This document shows, one piece after another, positions 38,331-51,754 of a stretch of DNA of 64,000 nucleotides (within the stretch, counting starts at the first letter, position 1; each line of letters starts with the position of its first letter). Source of the stretch: Octopus sinensis (Eukaryota); contig NC_042997.1 of assembly GCF_006345805.1 (NCBI RefSeq), positions 144,584,001-144,648,000 of the forward strand, written 5' to 3'. Both the position numbers and the translations under genes were made by a program. The notes under the pieces were generated by a model, which was not told where the DNA came from, did no database searches, and saw only the letters and a list, made by a program, of their open reading frames with translations.

Positions 38331-41170
38331 AGGCAGGCAGACAGATAGATAGAAAGATATATATAGATATGTATATATAATGATGGGCTTCTTCCAGTCT
38401 CTGTCTACCAAATTAGTTCACAAGGCTTTGGCCAGCCCAAGGCTATAGTAGAAGACTCTTGCCCAAGGTGCCACGCAGTGGGACTGAACCCAGAACAATG
38501 TGGTTAAGGAGCAAGCTTCTTACCACACAGCCACACCTGGACCTGTAATGAAGAATTTAGTAAAATAATTTTTTTCATTATGAAGCTGCTGTTTGAAACA
38601 TGAATGAACATGAAATTTTGATCATAGTTCTACGATACAAACAGAAACTTTCAATCATAGAACTAGGGTTGGTCCTGTCCAGATAGATATCAAAAAGGGG
38701 TTTAAAATTATCTAAAAAAAATACATAACAGAATAATAAACAAAATTAAGAAATATAAACTAAATAAATAAATGAAATTGTGAAAGATTTGCTGTCGGAT
38801 AAATACACTGGGAAATTTGATAATAAGAAGAGGCAACAAGGTGAGAGCAATGAAGAGATGGCTTAAGATACCCAAAGTGAAATCAATGAAAATGTCTGTA
38901 GTATTTATAGAATGGTCACTTACAAGAGAACAATTAAATTGTACTTTTGTAGATAATAGGCTATAGAAATCAATAGATCGTAGTCATTGTTGTTACTGTT
39001 TGTTAGTGATGTTGTTGTTATCGTTGGTCATATTGTTATGGTTGGTTTGTTTATTATGATGGTGGTGTTGGTGGCTGTAAAGTGTAGTGTGTTGAGTTGG
39101 AGTGGTGGAATAGTGCTGTGGAGTAATAGAATGTGATAGCATTGCTAGTGGTACTGCAGGAAGATTTCTGCAGTGGTACAGTCAGGAGAGCTATGGTTTC
39201 ATGTAAAGTGTCCTAAACAACAACAAAACAACACATAGGTGCAGGGATGGTTGTGTGATTAAGAAGCTCACTTTGCAACTGTATGGTTTTGGGTTCAATC
39301 CCATTGTGCAGCACCTTGGGCAAGTGTCTTCTACTGTAGCTGAAGCTGCCTTGTGAGTGAATCTGGAATTGGATAGATGGAAACTGTGTGGAAGCTCATC
39401 ATGTGTGTGTATGTGTGTCCGTGTATATGTGTATGAGTTTGTATGTGTCTTTTTATCTGTGTTTGTCCCCACACCACCATTGCTTGACAGCTGGCATTAG
39501 TTTGTTTACATCCTCATAACTTAGTGGTTCGATAAAAGAGACCAATAGAACAAGTACCAAACTTTAAAAATTAAGTCCTGAGGTCAATTTGTTCAACTAA
39601 AACCTTTGAGCATGACCACAGTCCAATGACCGAAACAAGTAAAATATGCGCAATATGGAAACATAATAACATCTATGAAAAGCCAGTCAAGGCAGCGCTG
39701 GCATCAGCAATATTCGAACTTGGCCAATGCCAGCGCCGCCTTGACTGGCCTCCATGCTGGTGGCACGTAAAAAGCACCAATCCGATCATGGCCGTTGCCA
39801 GCCTCACCTGGTGGCACGTAAAAAGCACCCACTACACTCACGGAGTGGTTAGCGTTAGGAAGGGCATCCAGCTGTAGAAACACTGCCAGATCAGACTGGA
39901 GCCTGGTGCAGCCTTCTGGCTTCCCAGATCCCCAGTTGAACCATCCAACCCATGCCAGCATGGAGAACGGATGTTAAACGATGATGATGATGATGATGAT
40001 GAAAACTAGAGGATTTTCCAGTATTTTGGACCATCACAAAACTATTGCATCAAGGACTGGAACCACACATATGTCTAACCAATGTTTTGGTGTCATGATG
40101 TCTACCACTGTTCTGTTGCAATGAAATGCCATTTCGTGGTGAGTGACTGAAGAGACGGACAAATTGGATTTGATTGATTTTCCTATGATTATATTTGGCC
40201 AGCAAACACCGACTAGCTTTGAAATTCTTGTTACGAATATGTTGATGTGTGAAGCAGTGATAAGTCTCATCAAATGATCAGCCTATTCATAAAGTAATTA
40301 TTCATCATATACAGAAGTTCGATGTAATTATATCATACTCAGAAGTGTAATATTATAGCCACCATTTACAATAGTGTGTTTTAATTATACACTCACTGTA
40401 TACAGCAGTGTGATGTCATCACATTATATGCACTAGTGTGATATAATATAATTATTCACCAGTCAAGGCACAGGCGTGGGTGTGTGGTAAGAAGCTTGCT
40501 TACTGACCACATGATTTTAGGTTCCGTCCCACTGTGTGGCATTTTGGACATTTTCTATTATAGCTTTGGGTAAATCAAAGCTTTATGAGGGGATTTCGCA
40601 GATGGAAACTGAAAGAAGCCCATCGTGTGTGTGTGTATCTTTGTGGCTGTGTTTGTCCACCACCACTCAACAGCTGGTGTTGGTGTGTTTACGTCCCTGT
40701 AACTCAGTGGTTTGGCAAAAAAAAATCTGGTAGAATAAGTACCAGGTTTAACAATCGCTTGACAATTGATGTTGGTGTGTTTACATCCCTGTAACTTAGC
40801 AGTTCAGTAAAAGATACTGATAGAATAAGTACTAGGCTTACAAAGAATAAGTCCTGGGGTTGATTTGTCCAACTAAAGAGAGTGCTCCAGCATGGCCATA
40901 GTCAAATGCGTGAAACAAATAAAAGAAAAATATAAAAGAATAACAGTTGTGTAAATGGGATGCCTTCATATTATACAGCTGTGTGATGCCATTACATTAC
41001 ACACACCAATGTGATATAATTGCCATACACAAACCACACACACACACACACATGCACACGCACACACATACACACATAGTTCAAATTTACAAAAAACAAA
41101 AGATGAAGAAGAAAGGTGAGGGAAGAATAAGCAAGTGTATTAGTTTGACACTCAGGAAGAATGGAAAAGT

Positions 41171-41206
41171 CTTTGATGTTTCAAGACTATGCTCTTTGGC
41201 AGAAAG
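41171..41206 (-). ncRNA. Degenerate minimal hammerhead-like motif (same family as 3955)
   Basis: CUUU-CUGCCAA-A-GAGC(AUAG)UCUU-GAAAC-AUC-AAAG; core damaged. Confidence 0.4.
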
Positions 41207-41774
41207 GATTGAAACAAAAAAAAAATGGAGAGAGAACGAAAAAATGTGTGGAGATTATATATATATATATACCAGATGGGACAAGAGCACAAAACATCTG
41301 GACAGCTAGGTGATGCAAAAATGGACAACAAAACATCCAGATAGACAATACAAAGAAAACAAGGACGGGTCATTTGAAGTTTTCTTTCCTCCGTCAAGCA
41401 CCAGATTATCCTCGCAATTTCGGCTGATAATTTTTAAGATTGCTCCATTCTGGGCAGCCCCAAGGAAAAACTAAGCTAAGAGCATTAGATTCCTTGGCCA
41501 AACGGTGGTCACATAGGAAGAGAAGAGAGAAAAATAGAAGCAGAGGGACAGAAGAATTAAGGAGGGGCAAGAGAAAATGACAGGGACTCAGTGAAGTGCA
41601 AAGTGGAGGGGAAGTGAGTAAGAAGAGAAGGCAAAGAAATGTGAGAGGGGGAACGAAAGAATGAATATATAAATATACTTATACACACACACACTGTAAA
41701 AAAGCTCCATTCAATGTTCAAAATGCAATGGAGGCATTTTCGGTGGAATCATTCTAACAATTTGAAATGTCTTT

Positions 41775-41990
41775 CATAATATATCTATGTTTCAGAAGAA
41801 TACAACAGGGATGGTAAGACAAATAATTTGAAAAGAGCCAATTTTGTGTTATTGAATTCGCAAATGTATTTCTGTGTCCAGATTTCTATCATTTTGTACA
41901 GAGCTTCAACGATAGATGAAAGAATCAACAACCTCAAAAGACCAGAACTTAACTGCAGCTCTTGGCAGTCCAAATCAGACATGCAAACTA
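41775..41990 (-). pseudogene. LINE (RTE/L2-like) RT C-terminal fragment
   Basis: ...NTKLALFKLFVLPSLLYSSET, matching the TKxxxxxxxVxxxLLYGxET motif. Confidence 0.6.
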
Positions 41991-43071
41991 CGTGGGTGTC
42001 TTTTCAATACACTGTCTAGTTTTAAAAGTACAAGAGGTGGTCAGACTATACATAACAAGTAGACAACCACCATATATACACTGTAGTTTGACATACAGAA
42101 TAGTGTGTGATATCATCATGTTATACACAATAGTGTGTGGCAATTGCATCATATTCTTCAGAGTGATCTCATCACAGAATAGTGAATGCAGGGCCTTATG
42201 AGAGTGGTAGTGGTTAAAAAGCTTCTTTCAGTACTTCTTGATGTTCTGTGAATGTTAAGGCATAAAGCATAGCTGTTACTCACAAGCGAGTGTAACTTAG
42301 TAGCAAGTACTAAAAAAGGGTAAAGACCCCACTTCCTTTGGTCATGAATGACCATGGGATTGCACCTAGAAAATTGCCCTCCAAGGTACAAGCCCAGGCA
42401 AGGTTGTTTATGGAAGACCAGCAGCTGTCTATGCATACCAGCCTTCCCTCTCCATGCCACTAATGTTATTCAAGGGAAAGTCAAATGCTGGTACAGCTTG
42501 GCACCAGTCATGTCACAACTCATTTCTACAGGTGAGTGAACTGGAGCAACATGAAATAAAGTGTTTTACTCAAGAATACAATATACAGTCCTGTCCGGGA
42601 ATCAAACTCACTACCTCATGATTGTGAGCCTGACACTCTAACCACCGAGCAATGCTTCCTTCAATTTCAATCTGCCAAATCTAACTAATTGTTTTAGGTA
42701 CCTGTGTAGTTGTGAGCAGATATGCACATTCTCTTGACCTTCTCGACCTCTTGACCAAATGAGACAAAGAAAGTCACAACTGGTTGCATTATATACCATG
42801 CACATCAGTACCACATGCAGCTGAAAATATTATACACTGCAGTACCACCACACACCAAACACTGCAGAACCATACATCAGACACAACAGCAACACATATC
42901 ACATACTGCAGCAGCATATACCATACATGACAGCAGCATGCATTATATACAGTACCATCGCACACTAAACTGCTGTGCCACATACGATGTATCGTAGCAC
43001 TACATGCAATACACTGCAACTGCAAACACCATACACTAAGCACCACACTCTATACAGATCAGTACCACATG

Positions 43072-43412
43072 GGCTATATAAGAGCACTCCGTCGGTTACG
43101 AGGACAAGGGTCTCAGCTGATACGATCAATGGAACAGCTTGCTCATGAAATTAACATGCAAGTGGCTGAGCAATCCACGGGGTACAGACACATGTACTCT
43201 TAACGTAGTTCTCAGGGAGATTCAGCATGACACAGAGTGTGACAAGGCCGGCCCTTTGAAATACAGGTACAACTCATTTTTACCAGCTGAGTGGACTGGA
43301 GCAACATGAAATAAAGTGTCTTGCTCAAGGACACAACGCGTCGCCGGGAATTGAGCTCACGACCTTACAATCGTGAGCCGAATCTCCTAACCACTAAGCC
43401 ACGCGCCTTCAC
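43072..43412 (-). mobile_element. Well-preserved tRNA-derived SINE with 8-bp TSD
   Basis: Head gtgaaggcgcgtggcttagtggttagg...gagctcaattcccggcg with CpGs retained. Direct repeat accacatg at 43064-43071 and 43413-43420. Inserted in a degenerate ACAYN-type repeat. Confidence 0.85.
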
Positions 43413-45147
43413 ACCACATGTGATACACTACATTGTACTCCCTTATTACCACGTAATGCAATATCATACACTAGAGTATCACAAACCATACATTGCAACG
43501 TCTTATACAACATAATGCAATATTATATAGTAGCACAACATACACTCTCAGACATACACATACAGCCATATACCATAAACATTATTATCACAGATTCTAC
43601 ATTATTATATCACACACATACAGACACACACACACATAAATACATGGTGTAGCCAATATGATTATGCAACTGCAATAGACAATCAACTGAGAATTCAGAC
43701 GGCTGAGAGAATAAGATAAGGAATAACTAGCCAAGAGGTCGATAACCAATTCATATCCCTTAATGGGCAAGACATTAATGAAAAAGTAGGGTGGCTGCAG
43801 GGTAAGTATTATAAAATAGACAGTTTTGAGTTGCCATTCTTGTTGTTGTTGTCATTGGCATTATCATTATTGTTGTTGTTGTTTGGTCTCAGGTCAGATC
43901 TAGTAGAGCAGATTTATGATCAAAGATGTTTATGTTGTAAACATTACCATCTTTCTTTTGCAGGCAGAGTTTAATCCAAGATCATATTATCTAATGTGTC
44001 CTCTCCTCTCTTGAGAATAGTTGAGATGTTGAGTTGAGAGAAATTTGGCTGCTATTTCTAGCAGTTTGAGCAACCACATAGAGACCCCCCTCTGACACAC
44101 ACCATTTAGCGTTTAGACCGGCCATATCTAGCCAAAATATTCCATTTGTTTTGTGTTCAAACTGACCAGATCCATCCTCTCATACCTATCCTACAATGAT
44201 ATTCTAAAAATATGTGATTGCATTTTCAAAATCTCAAAGCTATGGGGAAATCATAATTAATTAGAAGCAGTGTGATTAAATAAGCATTACATTTGATAGA
44301 GTAATCTGAATATTAAAAGGTTAATGTTCCTTTTCCTTTTCTTCCTGTAAAAATATGTTGCTAAACAAAAACTTTTACTCACTCAAATTATTCGTTAAAT
44401 CAGTGTAAAAATTAATATTCTCATCCGCACACATTTAAACTAAACACTGTGTGAATGTCTTGTGCACTTTCTTTTGTCAGACAAAATGCAGGAGAAGAGC
44501 TGCGAGAACTAACTTCTTATGGGAAAAACTTTTCTCCACCACCACTGTCACAGCCACCACCACCACCGCATCCATATCTGCATCTATCTTTCTTTTTCTC
44601 CCTCTTAGAAGATTCCTATCTCAGCAAGAAAAGGACGACTTTTGACCTTAATTGGCATTAAGTGAAGAAGAGAGAAATTAAAAGTTCAAGATGTTTTCTC
44701 AAAGAGTTGTAAACCAACAGGAAGTGAAGAAGGACTACTGTTAAATGTTACAGTGGGTCTGTACTGAAGGACTGAAGGAAATAACCAGTTTTATTGTTTC
44801 ATTTATTTATTTATCTATATTTTCTATAGCTTCTAATAGTAAACTAAAGGAACCTAACAGAGTTTTTACAACACTAATAATTATATTAATCCTTCCTACT
44901 GGAAGCATGAGGCCTCAAATTTGGTGGAAGGGATTAAGTCAACTACATCGACTCCAGTGCATAACTGGTATTTATTTAATTGACCCCGAAAGGATGAAAG
45001 GCAAAGTTGACCCCAGCGGAATTTGAACTCAGAATGCAGCGACAGGCGAAACACTGCTAAGCATTTCATCCAGCATGCTAACGATTCAGCCAACTTGCTG
45101 CCTTAATAATACTGCGGCCATGCTGGAGCACCACTTCTTAGTTGAGT

Positions 45148-45440
45148 ATTGAGATCACTAAGATGTGGCAGCTACAAGAGTCGGACATAAAGGTTATCCC
45201 TATTGTCACTGGAGCATTGGGTTCAATACCACCCAATCTAAAAAAAAAAATCTGAAAAACTTGGAGATACCCTACAATCTAGATGTATTGCAAAAGTCAG
45301 CATTACTTGGAACTGCACGCATATTGCATAAAGTTCTGTCTGTCTGAGGTTTTTGTTGTGACTTGACAAACAGTACCAATCCTTGGTAGACACAATAACT
45401 TCAATCAACACTCTCATGATATTGTATACTGTGCAATGTC
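45148..45440 (+). mobile_element. R4/Dong-like non-LTR element, 3' end (restriction-like endonuclease C-terminus plus 3' UTR)
   Basis: IEITKMWQLQESDIKVIPIVTGALGSIPPNL/KNLEIPYNLDVLQKSALLGTARILHKVLSV* (frameshift in an A run), followed by (TAT/TAA)n. Confidence 0.8.
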
Positions 45441-45520
45441 TATTATTATTATTATTATTATTATAACAATAATAACAATAATAATAATAATGATGATGAT
45501 GATGATGATGATAATAATAA

Positions 45521-45687
45521 TGCAAGCATGAAAGAGAAGGTTAGGAAGGAATGTTATAGAAGAGTTCGAGCAATCCTGAAGTCTGAGCTGAATGCATATA
45601 ATAAGGTGTTAGCCATAAATTCCTTAGCAGTACCAGTTGTTCTTTATTGTGCTTAACTGGAATACCAGTGAAATAATGGAAATTGAC
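45521..45687 (+). pseudogene. R4/Dong-like RT-thumb fragment
   Basis: MKEKVRKECYRRVRAILKSELNAYNKVLAINSLAVPVV...NWNTSEIMEID. Confidence 0.75.
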
Positions 45688-46369
45688 CACAGTCAAATGA
45701 ATGAAACAAGTAAAAGAGTAAAAGAGAGAGAGAGAGAGTGCCTACGTGTGTGCATGCATAACAGCTTATATATACATGTTTTAGGTTTAAACCTTTAGTA
45801 TTTAAACTGACCATATCTGGCACAAATATTCAACTTGTTTTATGTTCAAACTAGCCAAATCTAGCCTCTTGCACTAACTTTACAATGTCATCATCATCAT
45901 CATTTAACAGTTCCTTTTCATCCTGGCATGGGTTGGATGGTTTGACAGGAACTAACTAGACAGAAGACATCACCAGACTTCAGTGTCTGTTTTTGCATGT
46001 TTTTTTTTTCTTTTATGGCTGGATGCTCTTCCTAGCACCAACCACTCTGTAAAGTGGACTGAGTGTTTTTTTATGTAGCACCAGCACTGGCAAGGTCAGT
46101 TTTGGCATGGCTTTTATGGCTAGATGCCCTTCTTAGCACTAACCATTCAGCAGAGCGGATTGAGTGCTTTTTATGTGGCACCAGTACAGGTGAGGTCAAT
46201 TTTGGCATAATTTTTTTTACAGCTGGATACCCTTCCAAATGCCAACCACTTTACAGTGTGGACTGGATAATCACATCCTTGAAATCTCAAAGCTGCAAAC
46301 ATAAAGCCTAATTATTTCAAAACTGAATAAATATGCTTTAAAATTTACCAACAAGGAAGAAATTCTCAG

Positions 46370-46416
46370 GAGTCAACTTATCCTGCAGCCGCCGATATTT
46401 CTGAGACCTGGGAAAG
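46370..46416 (+). CDS. Candidate coding exon (ESTYPAAADISETWE), unidentified gene
   Basis: aattctcag|GAGTCA...GGGAAAG|gtatga, 47 nt. CpG-retaining unique sequence; phase 0 to 2, matching the next exon. Confidence 0.5.
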
Positions 46417-46705
46417 GTATGATTGTCACACAATCTCATTCTTTCCTCCTTCATCCTCCATGTAGGTAAATTTTCTATTTATATTTTATTGTTTTTGGCC
46501 TAACGCCCAACCAGAAAGACAATTAACCAACACCAATTAGTTACTTAGTTTGTTTTAGAAAATAAGTCAAGGCCATTCTGGAATTTTACCTTCAAAGTCC
46601 TGCTAATTATACGCTGCGTGTCTGTACACGAGTTGACCTTATGTCTTTCATGAAGTCGGTGTCAGTGTTGGAACATGTCTATTGTAAAGAAAACTGTTTT
46701 AATTT

Positions 46706-46942
46706 ATGACCAAACACATATTATATACACACATATACACTTATATCTATGAGTATTCATACATATATCTACATATATACACACACACACATATATACAC
46801 ATATATCTATGAGCATACACACAGACACACACACGTATATCTGAGTATATATATGTACAGATATCTTTATACATACCTATGTCTACATGTATATACACAC
46901 ACACACTCATATCTGTATACATACCTATATATATGAGTATTT

Positions 46943-47001
<59 letters not shown>

Positions 47002-47031
47002 TACAGATATATCTATGAGTATATATCTATT

Positions 47032-47077
<46 letters not shown>

Positions 47078-47102
47078 CACACACACACACACGTATATCT
47101 AA

Positions 47103-47149
<47 letters not shown>

Positions 47150-47310
47150 TAAAATTATATACATAAACACTAGCATACACATATATATACATGCACATCT
47201 GCATTTCTGTATATACATTTGTGTGTGTATATAATTGTCTGTAAGTGTATATATGCAGGTATACATATTTGTGCATACTCCTCTGTGTGTGTGTGTGTGT
47301 GTGTAATGTG
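46706..47310. repeat. (TA)n/(CA)n compound microsatellite
   Basis: Long TA and CA runs with recurring atatctatgag words. Confidence 0.9.
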
Positions 47311-47624
47311 TAATTGTGTGTCAGTATGCCTGTGTATGTGCTTGCATTGTGTCTTTTGCTTGTAAGCAGAGTTTAGTCTTTTGGTAAACTGCAAGCAAAT
47401 TATGTAACACAGCTTTGATCTTCGGTGCGGAACAACAAAGCTTGTATCTATTGATATATATTCCATAGAGTCACAAAGTTATGGGGACACTTGACCTATT
47501 AGAAATAGCAGCCAAATCACCCTTGAATTACGCATTACTGCTTCAGGTAGAGAGAGAAAATATATAATATGAGTGTGTCGTTCCTAGGAAAAGAAAGAAT
47601 AGATGGCCATAATTGGAATCCTAG

Positions 47625-47845
47625 AAGAAGAAGAAAAGAAGAAGAAGAAACAGAAGAAGAAGAAGAAGAAGAAGAGGAAACAGAAGAAGAAGAAAAGAAG
47701 AAGAAGAATGAGGAGGGGAAGAGGAGAAGGAAGGGGAGAAGGACAAGGTAGAAGAGGGGGGAGTAGAGGGAGGAGGAGGTGGAGGAAAGAGAGGAGGAAA
47801 GGGAGGAAAAGGAGGAGAAAAAGATGGAAGAGTAGTAGTAGTAGT
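47625..47845. repeat. Polypurine (GAA/GGA)n tract
   Basis: Near-pure A/G on the plus strand; the Lys/Arg/Glu ORFs are artefacts. Confidence 0.9.
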
Positions 47846-47928
47846 GGTTTCAACAGCAGCATTTTTGCTGCAGTGGTAGCAACAACAGCAGCAGAAGTTT
47901 TCCTTAACATATGTTGACTCTTTGATAG

Positions 47929-47980
47929 ATGTATTTCTTACACTAAGAATGTCAGTTTGCCAGAAGACTATCTGGAAAAG
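47929..47980 (+). CDS. Candidate coding exon (R-CISYTKNVSLPEDYLEK)
   Basis: gactctttgatag|ATGTAT...GGAAAAG|gtaccc, 52 nt; phase 2 to 0. Confidence 0.5.
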
Positions 47981-48344
47981 GTACCCATTTCATGTCTGTA
48001 CAATTTGCACTTTTTAACCCCCTTTTGTATCAACCCACCTGAGATTCCCTAAGATTTCTGATTCATAACTGATAATTTCAAAGCGTTGTTCATATTTCAA
48101 TCACAGAACCTGCCAGCATGATTTTAAGATGTCTGTAGCTTTTATTAAGATCTAGGTGTAGGTGTGGTTCTGTATTTAAGAAGTTTGTAACCACAAGATT
48201 TCAGGTTCAATCTCTTTCAGCATCCTCCTTACCCCCTTCAGTGGAGTCTTCTACTTAAGCCCTGGACTAATCAATGCCTTGAGAGTTGAATTCATTGATG
48301 GAAACTGTGTGGAAGCCTGTTGTGTGTGTTTATATATGATGACG

Positions 48345-48387
<43 letters not shown>

Positions 48388-48497
48388 TGTAAATTTAGGG
48401 TGAATACTTGATAAGTGTAAGCACCTGTATATGCCAGATAGTGGCAGAGGTGAGAGAGAATATATCAAATAAAATTAAAAACAGAACACAAAGAATA

Positions 48498-48592
48498 TCG
48501 CGGTACATGTGTTTCAAGCTTTATAAACAATACGTTATTACATCAGTGTATTATTGATATAAAAGATGGTTTAAAGCTCTCTTCAGCCGCAA
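48498..48592 (-). ncRNA. Type I hammerhead ribozyme, complete core
   Basis: UUGCGG-CUGAAGA-GAGCUUUA...UAAAGCUU-GAAAC-ACAU-GUA/CCGCGA. 6-bp stem I, 8-bp or longer stem II with a long loop, short stem III. Predicted cut between 48504 and 48503. Confidence 0.8.
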
Positions 48593-49127
48593 ACGTTGTT
48601 AGTCCAAAGAATTACATCACAATATAAAAAATATGAAAAGTACATGTAGTATTACCCATTATAATAGGTTTATCATATCCTTGAAAAAGTGTATTTGTAA
48701 AATTTCCTAACAGTATAAATGTATAAACATTCATTGGATTTCGAAAATTTGCCCATTAGAGCATTGACCATAATGCAATATTTGTTCTGGTCTTCTACAC
48801 TCTGAGCTCAAAATCCTTCCATGATTAACAGTATCTCTCTGGAATAGATAAAGCATAGTACCAGCCAAGTATTCAAGTAGATTTAATTAAGGTGGGAGAA
48901 GGACTAAAATTCAGACCTTGTTAAGGTATGGCTGTATGGTTAAGAATCTTATTTTGCAACCACATGGTTTAGGGTTCAGTCTATTGTGCAACACTTTGGG
49001 CAAGAGTTTTTTTTATTATACTCACAGGCCAACCAATACCTTGAGAGTGAATCTGGTAGATGGAAACCATGTAGAAGCCCTCCTCCTCTTTCCTGCTTTC
49101 CACTACTATTTTCTTTTTCTTTCTTCT

Positions 49128-49166
49128 GTTTCCTGATGAAGGACTCTATGCCTGAAACATCAAAGC
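49128..49166 (+). ncRNA. Minimal hammerhead-like motif, decayed
   Basis: GUUUC-CUGAUGA-AGG(ACUCUAUG)CCU-GAAAC-AUC-AAAGC. G16.2 reads A and the first stem I pair is mismatched. The downstream flank resembles the 3955/41171/62406 family. Confidence 0.5.
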
Positions 49167-51754
49167 CTCTCTTCTTTTTCCCTTTTTTTCTTTTAAAGCA
49201 CGAAACTAATAACACTTTTCTGGAAATTTGTTCCTTCTGTCGTGTTTTTCTTGTTTTTGCTCATTCATCATGTGTGTGTATATGTGTTTGTGGTGTGTAT
49301 GTGTGTGTGTGTGTGTATGTAGTGTGCGTGAGTGTGGTGTGTTTGCGTGTCGTCCACCACTACTTTACAACTGGTGTTGGTTTATGTCCCTGTAACTTAG
49401 CAGTTCAGCAAAAGGAACTGATAGAATAAGTACCAGACGTAAAAAGAAGTACCGGAGTTGATTTGTTTAACTAAACCCTTCAAGGCAGTACCCCAGCATG
49501 GCCAAAGTCCAATGACTGGAACATGTAAACATGTAAAAGATGATTATCATGTAGAATTTCTTTCATTAATTTGGAACAATACATCATAATTTATATCACC
49601 TGGTTAATAAATAACAGTAGTTAGCATTCCCATGCTTCTGATCATTGATTAAGGTTTGGAAAGCTGTTCAGAATTCCTCCTCCAGATCATATAAATGTCT
49701 GATTAGTAAAAGTAAATTAATCTCATTTGATTTATGTCAATATGATTCAATAATTTTCCCATTATAGCAAAGAGATTAATGATTCCTTTCACATCGGTTT
49801 TAATATTCAAATAAGCAATTAATTGTCTTACACTTGTCTTATAGATATTTTCCATGTTCACATGTGTAGTACACTTCATGCAAATTTAGCTGTTTTGCAT
49901 ATTATTGGAACAATATTCTTGAAGAATGATTATTAATTATTTGTAAATATTAAGGGAAAGTAAAAATTGCCAGTATATATGTGTGTGTGTGTGTGTGTGT
50001 GTTTGTGTGTGTGTGAACAGCACTAAAATAAGTGCTGTTTGGGAACAAACATACCTTAGATATCACCACATTCATTCAATCTTAATTCTAGTAAGGATTA
50101 AACACTAACATTATTAATTAAACTACAACAAAGAAACTACATTTACCCCATGTATGTGTATATATATATATATATATATCAGGATCAGAATCGAAATCGA
50201 TCAATGGAAATTGCAGATGTGTTACCAGTGCCGGTGGCATGTAAGAGAACCTTCCGTTTCGCGACCGTTGCCAGCACCGCCCCGACTGGCCTCATGCCGA
50301 TGGCACGTAAAAAGCACCATCCGTTCGTGTCCGTTGCCAGCCTCGCCTGGCCCTCGTGCCGGTGGCACATAAAAAGCACCATCCGTTCATGGCCGTTTGC
50401 CAGCTCTGTCTGGCACCTGTGCGGGTGGCACGTAAAAAGCACCCACTACACTCACGGAGTGGTTGGCGTTAGGAAGGGCATCCAGCCGTAGAAACACTGC
50501 CAGATTTGACTGGGCCTGATGAAGCCTTCTGGCTTCACAGACCCCAGTAGAACCGTCCAACCCATGCTAGCATGGAAAACGGACGCTAAACGATGATGAT
50601 GATGATGATATATATATATATATACATACATACACACTTTTGTACAAAATTTTCAATAGGTGTCAACATAGACTCTCTCATTCATAATGCCTGTATGTTC
50701 TGAAAATGTAATTTTCCCAGATAAAGTGTACTTCATATTCAAGGCTTTGATGAAGCTATATGGTGTTATCCAGGTACTCAACTAAGAGTCCACTGCATCT
50801 TATAGCAGAAACAGCTGTAAGCTTATGAAGTTCATTACATAACCTTGTTTTTTTCTGGTGTCATCTCTTTGTTATCACTATTGCTCTATACTCATCCAAC
50901 ATTGTGGTTGGGAAGCAAGCTTCTTAACCACACAGCCACACTTATGCCTATGCTTACATAAATACACACACACATGCATGTGTGTGTGTGCACGTGCACG
51001 TGTGCAAATATGATGTAGAAAATTGGATTTACAGAATGAAGCAGAACACAAAGTAAGTACTCCCACAAGCTATTGAGTATCAGTTCACATTGCAATTAAA
51101 TTACAATGTAGTTTAACTTGTCCATGCAACAAAAAATCCATAATATTCAAGTAGTATTTATTTCCATGAGGAGTAAATAATAAGCACAAAATTAGGAAGT
51201 ATGGGAACAAATACAGACTTATTATTTCCATATGATTCCCAGATGACTACAGCTGTTTCATAACTTCCTCACTGTTGTATTCCTAATTCCAATATCCCGA
51301 ATTACATATGTACATTTTACATCAATATCTATATTTATTGTTATATGATACAATTGTATATTACATAGAGATGTATAATAGGAAAAAGTATCACATTGGA
51401 TCATATACACCAGAACATCATGGATATACCAGGATTCAATTCACTTACACAAGAAAAAATCTACTCTTTTTATACACAAAATTGGATGTAGATACAATCA
51501 ATAATTTGATGAGTAATGGAAACCTTTATTAAAAACAGTGAAGAGACTTTAAAAATATTTTTTCATATAATCCCTTTTAATCCTTTAGCATTTAAATTGA
51601 TCAGATCCAAACCAAATATTCTATTGTTTTATGGTCAAACCAGCCAAATCCAGCATCTCACATTTACCCTACAATGTCATTCTAAAAATAAACAACCACA
51701 TCATCAAAATCTTGAAACTACAAGATAATGCATGATTAATTCAAAGCAATGTTA

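Noticed and set aside
43330-43412. tRNA-like sequence (also at 34800-34875 and other SINE heads)
   Set aside because: A/B boxes are present but continue into SINE bodies; no convincing complete cloverleaf was seen.
44481-44680. Two strong plus-strand acceptors with short open frames (QNAGEELRELTSYGK; KIPISARKGRLLTLIGIK)
   Set aside because: No convincing in-phase donor linking to the 46370 exon in the preferred frame, and the region includes a CAC microsatellite.
50721-50773. Exon-like segment (ccag|ATAAAG...ATCCAG|gtactc; KVYFIFKALMKLYGVIQ)
   Set aside because: Its open frame begins in phase 1, incompatible with the phase-0 junction between 47980 and 53191.
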